The translations under genes were made by a program, and so were the position numbers. Source: a candidate division TA06 bacterium (GTDB taxonomy: Bacteria; Edwardsbacteria; AC1; EtOH8). Taken from it: a DNA stretch of 64,000 nucleotides. The notes beneath the pieces are model-generated. The model was not told the origin of the DNA and did no database searches. It worked only from the letters and a program-made list of their open reading frames with translations. This document shows, one piece after another, positions 7,695 to 17,397 of this stretch (positions are counted from its first letter, which is position 1; each line of letters starts with the position of its first letter). Location of the stretch: NCBI GenBank assembly GCA_016235665.1, contig JACRJI010000003.1:160061-224060 (forward strand), given 5' to 3'.

Positions 7695-9368
7695 ATGACC
7701 ATGTTCTGTCATCAATGCCAGGAGACCGCCGGAAACAAGGGCTGCGCCGGGACCCGGGGCGTCTGCGGCAAGCCCGATCAGGTGGCGGTCCTGCAAGACC
7801 TCCTGATCCACACCCTGAAGGGGATTTCCTATTTCAATGTCAAGGCCAAGGACAGAGGCCAGTGCGATCCCAAAGCCTCGGAGTTCGTGATGGAACAGCT
7901 GTTCGCCACTATCACCAATGTCAATTTTGATCCGGAATATTTCGTCAAGCAAATAGACCGGGCCCGGGAGATCCGCGATCAGCTGAATAACACCGCCACC
8001 AAGGATTCCTCCGGTAAATTACCCGATGCCGCCACCTGGTCCGCCCAGAGCGGTCTGAACGAGTACCTGCTCAAGGGCGCCGGGGTGGGCATTCTGGCCA
8101 CAGCCAACGAGGACGTCCGCTCCCTGCGGTCGCTGATATTGTTCGGCCTCAAGGGTCTGGCGGCCTACACCCATCACGCCTATGTGCTGGATGCCAGGGA
8201 GGACGACATTCTGTTTTTCATGCAGAAGGCCCTGGCCGCCACTCTGGATGACGGCCTATCGGCGGACGAGTTGACAGGTCTGGTGCTTAAGTGCGGTGAG
8301 TACGGGGTAAAGGCCATGGCATTATTGGATAAGGCCAACACTGGCAAGTACGGGCATCCCGAGATCACCAGCGTCAAGCTGGACGTAGGCACCAACCCCG
8401 GGATCTTGATCAGCGGGCACGACCTGAGGGATCTGGAGGAATTATTGGAACAGACCAAGGGCCAGGGAGTGGACGTTTACACCCACGGCGAGATGCTGCC
8501 GGCCAACGCCTATCCGTTCTTCAAGAAGTATGACAACTTCCACGGCAACTACGGCGGCTCCTGGTGGCACCAGAACGAGGAATTTGAGAAGTTCAACGGT
8601 CCGGTGCTGATGACCACCAACTGCCTGGTCCCGCCCAAGGACAGCTACAAGGACCGGGTGTTTACCACCGGAGTGGTGGGCTTTCCGGAGGTCAAACACA
8701 TCGCCGATCGCAAAGAGGGTAAACAGAAGGATTTCTCCGCCGTCATCGCTATGGCCCAAAAGTCCAAGGCCCCGGAGAAACTGGAAGACGGCAATTTGAC
8801 CATCGGATTTGCCCACAACCAGGTGCTGGCCCTGGCTCCCAAGGTGATCGAGGCCGTGAAAAGCGGCGCCATCAAGCGTTTTGTGGTGATGGCCGGCTGC
8901 GACGGCCGGCACAAATCCCGGGAATATTTCACCGACATAGCCAAGGCACTGCCCAAGGATGCTGTCATTCTCACCGCAGGCTGCGCCAAGTACCGCTACA
9001 ACAAGCTGAATCTGGGCGACATCGGTTCGACTGGGCTCACCGGAACCGGGGGCATCCCGCGGGTGCTTGACGCCGGGCAGTGCAATGACAGCTATTCGCT
9101 GGTGCTGATCGCTTTGGCCCTTAAGGACGCTTTTGGCCTGAAGGACGTTAACGAACTGCCGCTTTCCTTCGACATTGCCTGGTACGAGCAGAAGGCGGTG
9201 CTGGTGCTTTTGGCCCTGCTGCATCTGGGGGTGAAGAACATCCACCTGGGGCCGACCCTGCCGGCCTTCGTGTCGCCCAATGTGCTGAAGGTGCTGGTGG
9301 AGAAGTTCAATGTCCAGCCCACGGCGGGGGTGGAGGAGGATATGAAGAAGTTGATGGCTGGACAGTAG
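7695..9368 (+). CDS. hcp: hybrid cluster protein / hydroxylamine reductase
   Basis: 557 aa with N-terminal [24 protein letters not shown] and the conserved Hcp body. RBS AAGGAG 7 nt upstream. TAG stop at 9366-9368. Confidence 0.92.
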   Translation: MTMFCHQCQETAGNKGCAGTRGVCGKPDQVAVLQDLLIHTLKGISYFNVKAKDRGQCDPKASEFVMEQLFATITNVNFDPEYFVKQIDRAREIRDQLNNTATKDSSGKLPDAATWSAQSGLNEYLLKGAGVGILATANEDVRSLRSLILFGLKGLAAYTHHAYVLDAREDDILFFMQKALAATLDDGLSADELTGLVLKCGEYGVKAMALLDKANTGKYGHPEITSVKLDVGTNPGILISGHDLRDLEELLEQTKGQGVDVYTHGEMLPANAYPFFKKYDNFHGNYGGSWWHQNEEFEKFNGPVLMTTNCLVPPKDSYKDRVFTTGVVGFPEVKHIADRKEGKQKDFSAVIAMAQKSKAPEKLEDGNLTIGFAHNQVLALAPKVIEAVKSGAIKRFVVMAGCDGRHKSREYFTDIAKALPKDAVILTAGCAKYRYNKLNLGDIGSTGLTGTGGIPRVLDAGQCNDSYSLVLIALALKDAFGLKDVNELPLSFDIAWYEQKAVLVLLALLHLGVKNIHLGPTLPAFVSPNVLKVLVEKFNVQPTAGVEEDMKKLMAGQ

Positions 9369-9406
9369 ACCTCACCCCAACCCTCTCCTGATGAATCAGG
9401 AGAGGG
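9369..9406 (-). repeat. palindromic intergenic repeat element, family 2, copy B (inverted orientation)
   Basis: The rc reads ccctctcctgattcatcaggagaggg + ttggggtgaggtc. It directly abuts the hcp stop codon. Confidence 0.6.
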
Positions 9407-9435
9407 CGGCTGTCTCAGCGAAAAGAGAAAATATA

Positions 9436-9466
9436 AAGCCGTGGCATTATGCCCCGGCTTTTTTAT
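9436..9466. terminator. GCCGTGGC-type hairpin + T-tract (family 1 copy 1), hcp terminator
   Basis: aaagccgtggc-attat-gccccggctttttt, an 11-bp stem with one mismatch. Confidence 0.6.
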
Positions 9467-9501
9467 TGCATAACGGACAGGTTGTGTGTATAATAAATCC
9501 A

Positions 9502-10602
9502 ATGAATAGTAGTTCAGGCCATAGATATCATACAACCATCCTTTGGCTGCGGGAACTTAAAAAGGGCGGCGGAAATTATCTGCCGTACGACCTGCACCTA
9601 CGCCGGGCCGAGGTAAGGGAACTGGTGGGAATGTGGAGCGAAGCCCTGGGAACTTACCGGGATCTGGCAGGCATTACGGAAGGGGCCTCTTTGACAGTAC
9701 TGGCCGCCGCTCAGCTGGTAAACATCGGGAGGGTGCTGTACAAAATGGGCGACCATGCCGAAGCTGAAGAGAATCTGCTAAAAGCAGATGCTATCTTCCA
9801 GCAGCTGGGCGATCTGAAGCAACAGGCTGACGTATGCAATCTCTTGGGCAACATACGCCTGAACCAGACACGCTATCAGGAAGCCAGAATGCTTTTTGAA
9901 CGCCGTTTGGAGCTGAACACAAAAAGCAACGATGCCTCCGGACTTTGCGCCACCTACGGTAACCTGGGTAATTTGGAGTATGTCAGGGGAGATCTTGCCC
10001 TGGCCGAGGAATGGTACCGCCGCCAGGATGAAAATGCCAGAAAAGAAGACAGGAAGGATTTTCAAGCCATAGCCATGGGAGCCATGGGTTGCATCTATGC
10101 GCAAAGAGGCGAATACGACAAGGCCATAAAGTCTTTTAGCAAATTCCTGGATCTGTCAACCGCCATAGGCGACACCGGAAAAATAAGGGTGGCCTATGGA
10201 AACATTGGCAATTATTATGTACAATTTGAAAACTACCCGCTGGCCAGGGACAATTATCGCCGGCAACTTATCCTGGCAAAACGGATGGGGGAAAAGAAGG
10301 GAACCTGTCTGGCGCTTGGGAACCTGGGCAAGGTTAGTTATCACCTGGGGGAGTATGAAAACGCCCTTCGTGAAATCCAGGAAGCAATAATTATCGGTGA
10401 AAAGCTGGGTCTCAAGTATTTTCTTCCAGAGCAGTACCTTCTGCTGGCTGAAATTCAGATGGCCTTAAATAACCTGTCCGAAGCAGAACGGGCAGCCGCC
10501 AGGTCGCATCAATTAGCAGAAGAAAACGGTGATGCAGACGACGAAAAAAGCGCCAAAGAATTGCAAGAACGCATATCAAAGACCAAGGCCGTAGTAAGGT
10601 AA
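9502..10602 (+). CDS. tetratricopeptide-repeat protein
   Basis: Multiple 34-aa TPR units (LGN..Y..G.Y..A...Y). Start is set downstream of the hcp terminator. A promoter-like TTGCAT-N17-TATAAT with TGTG extension lies at 9466-9494, and the ATG sits at the predicted TSS (possibly leaderless). Confidence 0.6.
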   Translation: MNSSSGHRYHTTILWLRELKKGGGNYLPYDLHLRRAEVRELVGMWSEALGTYRDLAGITEGASLTVLAAAQLVNIGRVLYKMGDHAEAEENLLKADAIFQQLGDLKQQADVCNLLGNIRLNQTRYQEARMLFERRLELNTKSNDASGLCATYGNLGNLEYVRGDLALAEEWYRRQDENARKEDRKDFQAIAMGAMGCIYAQRGEYDKAIKSFSKFLDLSTAIGDTGKIRVAYGNIGNYYVQFENYPLARDNYRRQLILAKRMGEKKGTCLALGNLGKVSYHLGEYENALREIQEAIIIGEKLGLKYFLPEQYLLLAEIQMALNNLSEAERAAARSHQLAEENGDADDEKSAKELQERISKTKAVVR

Positions 10603-10642
10603 GGTGAAGAACTGTCTTAGATAAATTGGCCGTCTAAAAATA

Positions 10643-10673
10643 AAAAGCCGTGGCGTTATGCCACGGCTTTTTA
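10643..10673. terminator. GCCGTGGC-type perfect hairpin flanked by A/T tracts (family 1 copy 2), bidirectional terminator
   Basis: aaaaagccgtggc-gttat-gccacggcttttt, between the convergent TPR and OmpA genes. Confidence 0.7.
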
Positions 10674-10700
10674 TTTTCAACTATATTCAACCGACCCGTA

Positions 10701-11537
10701 TTACTGCTTGACCAATTCCACCCGGCGGTTCTTGGCCCTTCCCTCCTCCGTATCATTGGAAGTGACCGGCGAAAGGGAGGCCACCCCGTGGGGGCTCAAT
10801 CGGGCAGCGGCTATGCCGTATTTGCCGGTCAGCGACTTGACCACGGCATCTGCCCGGTCCAGCGACAGCTTGAGGTTGGAGTCAAGGGAGCCGACGTTGT
10901 CGGTGTGGCCGACCACGTACAGTTTAAGCGTTGGGTTGTTCTGAAGAAGCTTGGCGATCTCCGAGATGGCGGCGTCGGATTCGGGCTTGATCTCGGACTT
11001 GCCGGTATCAAAGTATATGCCGTAAACCGAAACATGGCCGGTAGCATTGATGCCGTTGCCCAGGGCCTCGGCATTGGCCACCATCTCCTGCTCCATGGCC
11101 TGCTTCTCGACGATGGTCAGCCGGTACCAGTTATTGAACGACGAAACCCCGACCCACGTCTCCCGGCCGTCCTTTTTAAGCACAATGGTGGAGGCCCGGT
11201 TGAAATTGTCGTCGAAGATCACCTTTCCCCCGATCTTTTTCAGGGCCTCCTGAATGTTCCTCCGGATCTTCAACTCTCCGGATTCCGGCAATCCCTTGTC
11301 CAGGCGGTATTCGATATAGTACTTGTGGCCCTCGATGACAACCGTCTTCTTGTCCTGGCCAATGAATTTATGGCTGTCGAATTCGGTGTCCTTGTAGTCC
11401 GAAATGTGGAATCCGGGCATCCGTGACAGCAGGGGATGGTCCTTGCCTCCGGTTACATCCGGATCGGCGGCCTGGGAAAGGCCGAAACTAGCCAGCACTA
11501 AGAACAGGCTGAAGATGAGAGCTATTGATCTTTTCAT
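10701..11537 (-). CDS. OmpA-family protein (C-terminal OmpA/peptidoglycan-binding domain)
   Basis: Signal peptide, and a C-terminal block YVVGHTDNVGSLDSNLKLSLDRADAVVKSL...GRAKNRRVELV typical of OmpA_C. Confidence 0.75.
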   Translation of the reverse strand: MKRSIALIFSLFLVLASFGLSQAADPDVTGGKDHPLLSRMPGFHISDYKDTEFDSHKFIGQDKKTVVIEGHKYYIEYRLDKGLPESGELKIRRNIQEALKKIGGKVIFDDNFNRASTIVLKKDGRETWVGVSSFNNWYRLTIVEKQAMEQEMVANAEALGNGINATGHVSVYGIYFDTGKSEIKPESDAAISEIAKLLQNNPTLKLYVVGHTDNVGSLDSNLKLSLDRADAVVKSLTGKYGIAAARLSPHGVASLSPVTSNDTEEGRAKNRRVELVKQ

Positions 11538-11558
11538 GTTACCTCTAAAATTAAGGAT

Positions 11559-11915
11559 TTATAGATTCTCAATTATTTCAAATGACGCATGTGATTCTAT
11601 CCATTCTCCCCGCTTACGGTCCTTCCATGCTTTTTCTTTAGGTATAAAATCACAGAGTTCCAGATGAACCGGCCCATCGGTGGTCCATGTTTGCCCTTCG
11701 TATCTAATCTCCATAATCAAAATGTCTCCGGTAATATTTTTCCCAGTTATCGGGAAATCTAATTTTACCACAAAAGCATCTTCTCCATTTTGCCCCGGTA
11801 TAGTTTTAATCACCTTTCCGGTTCGGGCTTTATTTGGGGGTTCTTTAAGAAATGTAGGGTCGTAGTCGTAACCACCTTTAAACCTGATCGTATCACCGAC
11901 GACAAGCTTTTTCAT
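11559..11915 (-). CDS. hypothetical protein, low-GC orphan
   Basis: 118 aa with no recognisable motif. Local GC is ~42% against ~60% in flanking DNA. It has its own consensus promoter. Confidence 0.45.
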   Translation of the reverse strand: MKKLVVGDTIRFKGGYDYDPTFLKEPPNKARTGKVIKTIPGQNGEDAFVVKLDFPITGKNITGDILIMEIRYEGQTWTTDGPVHLELCDFIPKEKAWKDRKRGEWIESHASFEIIENL

Positions 11916-11960
11916 TTCAGCTCATTATTTAACGGTTACTTCTCTTCTTTCGTAAAGTTT

Positions 11961-11989
11961 ATTATATATTACAAACATTTCATTGTCAA
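11961..11989 (-). promoter_or_regulatory. perfect-consensus sigma70 promoter TTGACA-N17-TATAAT on the minus strand
   Basis: The rc of 11961-11989 reads TTGACAatgaaatgtttgtaataTATAAT, about 45 nt upstream of the ATG at 11915. Confidence 0.6.
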
Positions 11990-12004
11990 ATGAAATGACG
12001 AAAA

Positions 12005-12036
12005 AAGAAGCCGTGGCATTTTGCCACGGCTTATTG
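12005..12036. terminator. GCCGTGGC-type hairpin (family 1 copy 3)
   Basis: gaagccgtggc-atttt-gccacggctt, lying downstream of the minus-strand msrAB gene. Confidence 0.6.
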
Positions 12037-12039
12037 CTT

Positions 12040-12079
12040 CCCTTCCCTTGTGGGGAAGGGATTGAGGGTTGGGTCAAAA
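12040..12079 (+). repeat. palindromic intergenic repeat element, family 2, copy C
   Basis: cccttccc-ttgtg-gggaaggg + attgagggttgggtcaaaac. The tail overlaps the msrAB stop codon. Confidence 0.55.
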
Positions 12080-13114
12080 CAGTCTCTTGTACTCTCCGTA
12101 ACCCTCCTTGTCCAGATCCTCCGCCGGGATGAACCTCAGCGAAGCAGAATTGATGCAGTAACGCAGGCCGGTGGGCTGGGGGCCGTCATCGAACACATGG
12201 CCCAGGTGGGCGTCGCCGGCCTGGCTGCGCACTTCGGTCCTTACCCGGCCGAAACTGGAATCCTTCTTCTCCAAAACCAGGCTTGTCTCCAAGGGCTTGG
12301 TAAAGCTGGGCCAGCCGCATTCAGAATCGAACTTGTCCTTTGAGCTGAACAGGGGCTGGCCGGTGGTGATGTCCACGTAGATGCCGTCGCGCTTCTCGTT
12401 CCAGTACTTGTTGGCAAAGGGCGGCTCGGTGGCGCTCTTCTGGGTCACCTGGTATTCCAGGGACGAGAGCTTTTTCTTTAGCTCCTTGTCGCTGGGTTTT
12501 GTATAGGTCTTGACGGCGGGGGAATCCTTCCAGATCTTCTTTAGCGCCGCCTCGCGGCCGGACATCACCTTGTAGGTGCTGTAACGGGCCGGGCATTTCT
12601 GGTAATACTTCTGGTGGTATTCCTCGGCCGGATAGAAGTTCTTGTAGGCCAGAATGGCCGTGGCTATTGGTTCTTTGAACTTGCCCGAGTTCTGCAGGGC
12701 TGTCTTGGATGCTTCGGCCAGTTTCTTCTGCTCTTCGTTTTGATAGAAAATGGCGGTCTGGTACTGGGGTCCCTTGTCGGCGAACTGCCCGGTAAGGTCG
12801 GTGGGGTCTATCTGCCGCCAGAAGTGGTCCAGCAACTGGGCGTAACCGATCTTGGCCGGGTCGTAAGTGATGCGCACCGCCTCGTAGTGCCCGGTCTCGC
12901 CGGAGCAGACGTCCCGGTAGCTGGGGTCCTTCATGTGGCCGCCGGAATAGCCGGGCATCACTTCTATCACACCGGGCAGGGAGTCAAAGGGGTGTTCCAG
13001 GCACCAGAAACAGCCTCCGGCGAAGATGGCGGTCTCGGTCTTATTGCCGGTGTCGGCGTCAATCATAGCCAGTCCTCCCGCCAGCAAGAGCAGAGCCAGG
13101 TAAATATATCTCAT
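12074..13114 (-). CDS. msrAB: bifunctional peptide-methionine (S)-S-oxide reductase MsrA / (R)-S-oxide reductase MsrB, secreted
   Basis: Signal peptide; the MsrA active site GCFWC; a C-terminal MsrB domain (CGWPSF ... RYCINSASL). Confidence 0.88.
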   Translation of the reverse strand: MRYIYLALLLLAGGLAMIDADTGNKTETAIFAGGCFWCLEHPFDSLPGVIEVMPGYSGGHMKDPSYRDVCSGETGHYEAVRITYDPAKIGYAQLLDHFWRQIDPTDLTGQFADKGPQYQTAIFYQNEEQKKLAEASKTALQNSGKFKEPIATAILAYKNFYPAEEYHQKYYQKCPARYSTYKVMSGREAALKKIWKDSPAVKTYTKPSDKELKKKLSSLEYQVTQKSATEPPFANKYWNEKRDGIYVDITTGQPLFSSKDKFDSECGWPSFTKPLETSLVLEKKDSSFGRVRTEVRSQAGDAHLGHVFDDGPQPTGLRYCINSASLRFIPAEDLDKEGYGEYKRLF

Positions 13115-13205
13115 TCATGTTTCCTCCTTCATATATCAATGTAACCATGAAAAGGGGCAAAGTCAAGGGGTGAGGCAATGGGTAAATTTATGTCTGTAGT
13201 AACAT

Positions 13206-13235
13206 TAAAAAGGCTCTTTTAAAAGAGCCTTTTTA
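13206..13235. terminator. perfect 14-bp palindrome AAAAAGGCTCTTTT|AAAAGAGCCTTTTT
   Basis: Lies just downstream of the ABC ATPase stop on the minus strand. Confidence 0.7.
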
Positions 13236-13238
13236 AAT

Positions 13239-13961
13239 CTAAGCGCAGCCTTCATCCGGTTTGCAGGCCTGGGCCCCGGTATAGATCATCCCGTCCCGCA
13301 GTTCCACCGAGCGGTGGGCCATCTGGGCCAGGTTGGGGTTGTGGGTCACCAGGATCACGGTCAGGCCCTCCCATTTGTTGAGCTCCCCCAGCAGCACCCC
13401 GATCTCACTGCTTCTCCGGGTATCCAGGTTGCCTGTGGGCTCGTCGGCCAGCAGGATCCTTGGCTTGTTGACCAGGGCCCGGGCGATGGCCACCCGCTGC
13501 ATCTCTCCGCCTGAGATCTGCCCCGGCAGGTGATGTTTGCGGTGGTCAATGCCCAGCATCTTCAGGATCTCGTCCACCCCTTTTTCGGCACCGGGCTTCT
13601 TGTAAAAGGTGAAGGGCAGCACCACGTTCTCCAGCACGGTCAGGGTAGGGATCAGATAGAACTTCTGGAACACGTAGCCGAACAAGTCGCGCCTTATCCT
13701 GGTCAGATCGGCCTCGGACAGGGTCCTGCCCTCGGTGAAGATGTCGCGGCCGTCCACTCGCAGGCGCCCGGAGCTGGGGTTGTCCAGGCAGCCCAGGATG
13801 TTGATCAGCGTGGTCTTGCCGCTGCCCGAGGGCCCGACAAAGGAGATGAACTCGCCTTGGCTGATGTTGAGCGAAACGCCGTTGACGGCCGGGATCTCCT
13901 CGCTGCCGCGGCGGTAGATCTTTTTCAGATCGTGGGCTTCGATGGAAAATTTATCTGTCAT
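13239..13961 (-). CDS. ABC transporter ATP-binding protein (MacB/LolD-type)
   Basis: Walker A GPSGSGKTT, signature LSGGEMQRVAIARAL, Walker B ILLADEPT. Confidence 0.88.
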   Translation of the reverse strand: MTDKFSIEAHDLKKIYRRGSEEIPAVNGVSLNISQGEFISFVGPSGSGKTTLINILGCLDNPSSGRLRVDGRDIFTEGRTLSEADLTRIRRDLFGYVFQKFYLIPTLTVLENVVLPFTFYKKPGAEKGVDEILKMLGIDHRKHHLPGQISGGEMQRVAIARALVNKPRILLADEPTGNLDTRRSSEIGVLLGELNKWEGLTVILVTHNPNLAQMAHRSVELRDGMIYTGAQACKPDEGCA

Positions 13962-13974
13962 GCTTCTTCCTTGA

Positions 13975-15192
13975 TTAATCCGTTTCGCTTCTAATGGCTT
14001 CCAGCGGCCGGACCCGGCCGGCCCGCCAGGAGGGATAGATGCCGGAGAGCAAGCCGATCAGGGTCACCACCCCGAAGGTCAAAAGCACCAGCGGGGCATC
14101 GATCCGCACCAGACCGCCGGTGGGGGTGTAGGGCAACAGGCCCCGGATCAGGGCCTCGGTCAGCCTGGCGGTCAGCAGGGCCAACAGGGTCCCGATGAAC
14201 CCCCCGGAAACGCAGAGGATCAGGGTCTCCAGCCAGATCAACTTGAAGATGTCCGAGGCCATGGCCCCCATGGATTTCAGGATCCCGATCTCCTGCAGGC
14301 GCTCCATCACCGACATCAGAATGGTGTTGATCACCCCCACGATGGCTATCAATATGGCGATCACCGCGATGGAGAAGACCATCACCTTGGCGGTGGAGAC
14401 CAGAGACATGATGGTCTGCTTCACCTGGGCCAGGCTGACCACCTGGACATCGGGCAGTTTGTACATCCGCTCCTCGAACTTGGCGATGTCGGCGTCCTTT
14501 TTGACCTTGATGCCGATGCCGGTCAGCTCTCCCGGCTGGTTGAAGATCTTTTGTACCGCCCCGATGGGAAGGAAGATGGTCCCGTCGTCCTGGGTGCCGG
14601 AGCGCTTGAGGATGCCGACCACGGTCATCTCGACCTCCTTCTCCGGGATCAGGTACTTGTCGCCGACCTCGCGCTGTTCCAGTTCGGCCGCCTCGTAGCC
14701 CAGCACCGCTTCATAAGCGTTGGGATCGGTGAACCAGGCGCCCTGCTTGAACTCCAACACTTTCTTCATGGCCGGGAAGGTCATAGGATCCACCCCCAGA
14801 AAGGCGGAGATGCCGCCGCTCTCGCCCTTGTTGGGGTCGAACACCGCCTGCATCAGCATGGGGGTCACCTTGTCCACCTCGGGCTGCTTGGCGATGGAGT
14901 CGGCGATGTCGGCCTTCATGTAGCGCAGTCCGGTGCCGCCCTTGAGCATCAAGGTGGCCGCCTCGTAGGGGCAGCCCTTGGCGGTGACCAGCATCTGGAA
15001 GCCAAGGTTGTCGATGTCCGAATTGAGCGAGGCCTCGTATCCCTTGTTAAAGCCCAGCAGGCTGATCAGCACCCAGGCGGCCAGGGCGATGCCCACGATG
15101 GTCAGCCCGCTGCGGGATCTCTTGCGCAGCAAATTCTTGTAGGCGACTTGGAAGATGTTTATCATAGGATTGTCCTTTGTGCTTGGTGTCAT
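13975..15192 (-). CDS. ABC transporter permease, FtsX/MacB family (large periplasmic domain + 4 TM)
   Basis: FtsX-like topology and C-terminal TM bundle. It overlaps the ATPase gene context. Confidence 0.8.
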   Translation of the reverse strand: MTPSTKDNPMINIFQVAYKNLLRKRSRSGLTIVGIALAAWVLISLLGFNKGYEASLNSDIDNLGFQMLVTAKGCPYEAATLMLKGGTGLRYMKADIADSIAKQPEVDKVTPMLMQAVFDPNKGESGGISAFLGVDPMTFPAMKKVLEFKQGAWFTDPNAYEAVLGYEAAELEQREVGDKYLIPEKEVEMTVVGILKRSGTQDDGTIFLPIGAVQKIFNQPGELTGIGIKVKKDADIAKFEERMYKLPDVQVVSLAQVKQTIMSLVSTAKVMVFSIAVIAILIAIVGVINTILMSVMERLQEIGILKSMGAMASDIFKLIWLETLILCVSGGFIGTLLALLTARLTEALIRGLLPYTPTGGLVRIDAPLVLLTFGVVTLIGLLSGIYPSWRAGRVRPLEAIRSETD

Positions 15193-15295
15193 CGCGAGGA
15201 AGGCTTCCGATATTTAACGACGAAGCGATCTGACAAGGCCCGGTTGATTGCTTCGTTAGTGCAGGAGGAATAGTCGGACTCGCAAAGACGACCGC

Positions 15296-15961
15296 TTAGT
15301 TTGGTTTGTAGTATCTCAGATACCTGTTTCCCAGCAAAAACTCGTCCACCAGTATCAGGTTCTTCTTGACCGCCCGCAGGGCGGCCCGGAAGTCCGGAGC
15401 TGCGTCGGGAGCGGGATTCTTGATGGCCGTGATCATATCGGATCCGCTTTCCCTGCCGCTAACCACGTCGTACTGGTAGAAATCCCGCAGGGTCAGCCCG
15501 GCGAACTGTTTGCCGAAAGAGGGTTCCCGCATTTTGTTTGCGGCTTTGGAGGTTAGCTTCTGAAAGTACAGGGTCTTGATCACGCCGGCGGTGTCCAGCG
15601 CCAGAAACACCTGAATGCCGCCGTACTGGCCTTTCTGATTCACCCCGTGGATGAAGCCCACCAACTCCTTCTTCCTGAATACCCGGTACATGGTGTAGGG
15701 CACGTCGCCGGTCTCGAACAGGCCCTGGAACTTGTTGCCCAGCCGATGCTCAATAGCCGCCAGCAGGGAATCACCGCCCTTCTGGGCGATGGAGACGTAC
15801 TCGGTCTTGTAGCCGGTGGAGCCGGGGAACAGGTGTTTGACGTCCTTGTCCGGATCGTTCAGGTCGCAGCCCACCGCGGCGAAAAGCAAACGGGGGACGG
15901 ACAGGGACAAAATGATCAATGGGATTATTTTATTTAAAAACGGCACTAAAACATCTCCCAT
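15296..15961 (-). CDS. hypothetical lipoprotein
   Basis: Lipobox LFAAVGC. No catalytic motif was recognised. Confidence 0.4.
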   Translation of the reverse strand: MGDVLVPFLNKIIPLIILSLSVPRLLFAAVGCDLNDPDKDVKHLFPGSTGYKTEYVSIAQKGGDSLLAAIEHRLGNKFQGLFETGDVPYTMYRVFRKKELVGFIHGVNQKGQYGGIQVFLALDTAGVIKTLYFQKLTSKAANKMREPSFGKQFAGLTLRDFYQYDVVSGRESGSDMITAIKNPAPDAAPDFRAALRAVKKNLILVDEFLLGNRYLRYYKPN

Positions 15962-15965
15962 CCCT

Positions 15966-16385
15966 TTAAAGTTTCTCGGCCCGGAAGTTAAGCGTGCCCG
16001 AATAGTTCGTCAGCGTCAGGGTGACCGACCAGGTGCCGGGAACACCGACAGCTGTCGGCTCATTCAAGCTGGGCACAAGGGCTTTTGAGTACAAGGTTGT
16101 TCCCAGGGAATCCCTGATGGTCAGTAAAGTCGAGCCCGCGGTGGTCGTGGTTGAATGATTTATTGTTGCCCGGGTGCCGGAGTTCTTCCAGGCATATACC
16201 AGGGTGGTCGAAACGGTGGTAACACCGGTGGCTTGAAGCTGGAAGGCGTCCTGATTGTTGACGATCTGCGGCTCAAATGGAGCGAGTGTGGAAGTAGGGC
16301 TTTTGCCGCAACCGACCAGCCAGGCGGACAGGATCACCAGGAACACGAAGGAAAGGATGTTCTTTATGCCGTAAATATGTTGCAT
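15966..16385 (-). CDS. hypothetical lipoprotein, Thr/Ser-rich
   Basis: Lipobox WLVGCG, a beta-rich composition, 139 aa. Confidence 0.4.
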   Translation of the reverse strand: MQHIYGIKNILSFVFLVILSAWLVGCGKSPTSTLAPFEPQIVNNQDAFQLQATGVTTVSTTLVYAWKNSGTRATINHSTTTTAGSTLLTIRDSLGTTLYSKALVPSLNEPTAVGVPGTWSVTLTLTNYSGTLNFRAEKL

Positions 16386-16416
16386 TTTGAGCCTCCTTGA
16401 TTATAAATTCTGGCGA

Positions 16417-17397
16417 TCACAATTTGTGGTACCAGTACAGCTGGGCGGTAATATGATCCAGGTCACGGTTGATATCGCCAGTCAGCCTTAAGGTCAGGTC
16501 CGGCGTTACTGAATAAGTCAAGCCAGGAGAGAGCCTATGATCATACCCATCGTAGACATATTGCAGTTCCAGCTTCAAACGGTTGTCTTCAAGCACATTG
16601 GCGGTCATCCTGAAAAAACATCCCCAGAGGTCATTCCGCCAGTTGTTCATCAAAGTGGTCTTTCGTATCAGCTCGGTCCGGTATTCAAACCGGTCACTGT
16701 TGACCGCGGCATCGGCTCCGAACATTGCTGTTTCCATGGGGGTTTCATATATTAGATGATAGCCCATGGTCTCAAGGTTCTTTCCGTAGGAGGCCGAAAA
16801 CCCGATATTGTAATTCTGCTGGTTCAGGTCGCTCTTTGATATCCGGCCCGAAACCTGATAATTCCCTTTTAGGTACAGCGGCATTCCCGATCCCGAAGTA
16901 ACCGATAATCCGGCATTGCCCCAGTCGAAGTCCCGGTAGTATCCTGCGCCCCAGTCCCGGTCATATCCGTAACCATACATGGACAAGGATTGTAGCAAGA
17001 TGCCGTGATTGTCCAGATACGACGCCAGTCCGAAGGCCGGCTTGTTGTGGCCCAGCAAAATGTCCCCGAAGCCCGGCTTGACCTTAAGATAAGCGTTGTA
17101 CAGCTGGGGCTCCACATCATGCTTTGCCGTCGAATCGTAAGCCAGACGGGCCTGGACGGCCAGCATCCCCCAGTCTCCGCCGGCGCCGGAGAACCGCTGG
17201 ATGTAGTCGAACCCCAGGCTGGGCTTCTGCATCACATCCATCTGGTCCATGGAATACCATTGGAAGGTTCGGTCATCCCCGGAAAAGGGAAATCCTGCCA
17301 CCGCCTGGGCCTCCAGATAAAATAAGCGGCTGGAAGCCAATGATTGCGATACTGCCAGCGTCAGTAGTCCCAGAATTATAAAAGTATTTTTAAACAT
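16417..17397 (-). CDS. putative outer-membrane beta-barrel protein
   Basis: Signal peptide, alternating amphipathic beta-strands rich in Y/G/D, 326 aa. Confidence 0.45.
   Translation of the reverse strand: MFKNTFIILGLLTLAVSQSLASSRLFYLEAQAVAGFPFSGDDRTFQWYSMDQMDVMQKPSLGFDYIQRFSGAGGDWGMLAVQARLAYDSTAKHDVEPQLYNAYLKVKPGFGDILLGHNKPAFGLASYLDNHGILLQSLSMYGYGYDRDWGAGYYRDFDWGNAGLSVTSGSGMPLYLKGNYQVSGRISKSDLNQQNYNIGFSASYGKNLETMGYHLIYETPMETAMFGADAAVNSDRFEYRTELIRKTTLMNNWRNDLWGCFFRMTANVLEDNRLKLELQYVYDGYDHRLSPGLTYSVTPDLTLRLTGDINRDLDHITAQLYWYHKL

Noticed and set aside
8442-9245. 267-aa minus-strand ORF
   Set aside because: It lies antisense inside hcp and has a His/Gly/Ala/Val-rich low-complexity translation.
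10650-11426. 258-aa plus-strand ORF
   Set aside because: It is antisense to the OmpA-family gene and begins inside the bidirectional terminator.
15296-15961. FMN-binding (ApbE-flavinylated) domain assignment for the lipoprotein
   Set aside because: The translation lacks the D-x-x-[ST]-G-A-[ST] flavinylation motif, so it is kept as a hypothetical lipoprotein.
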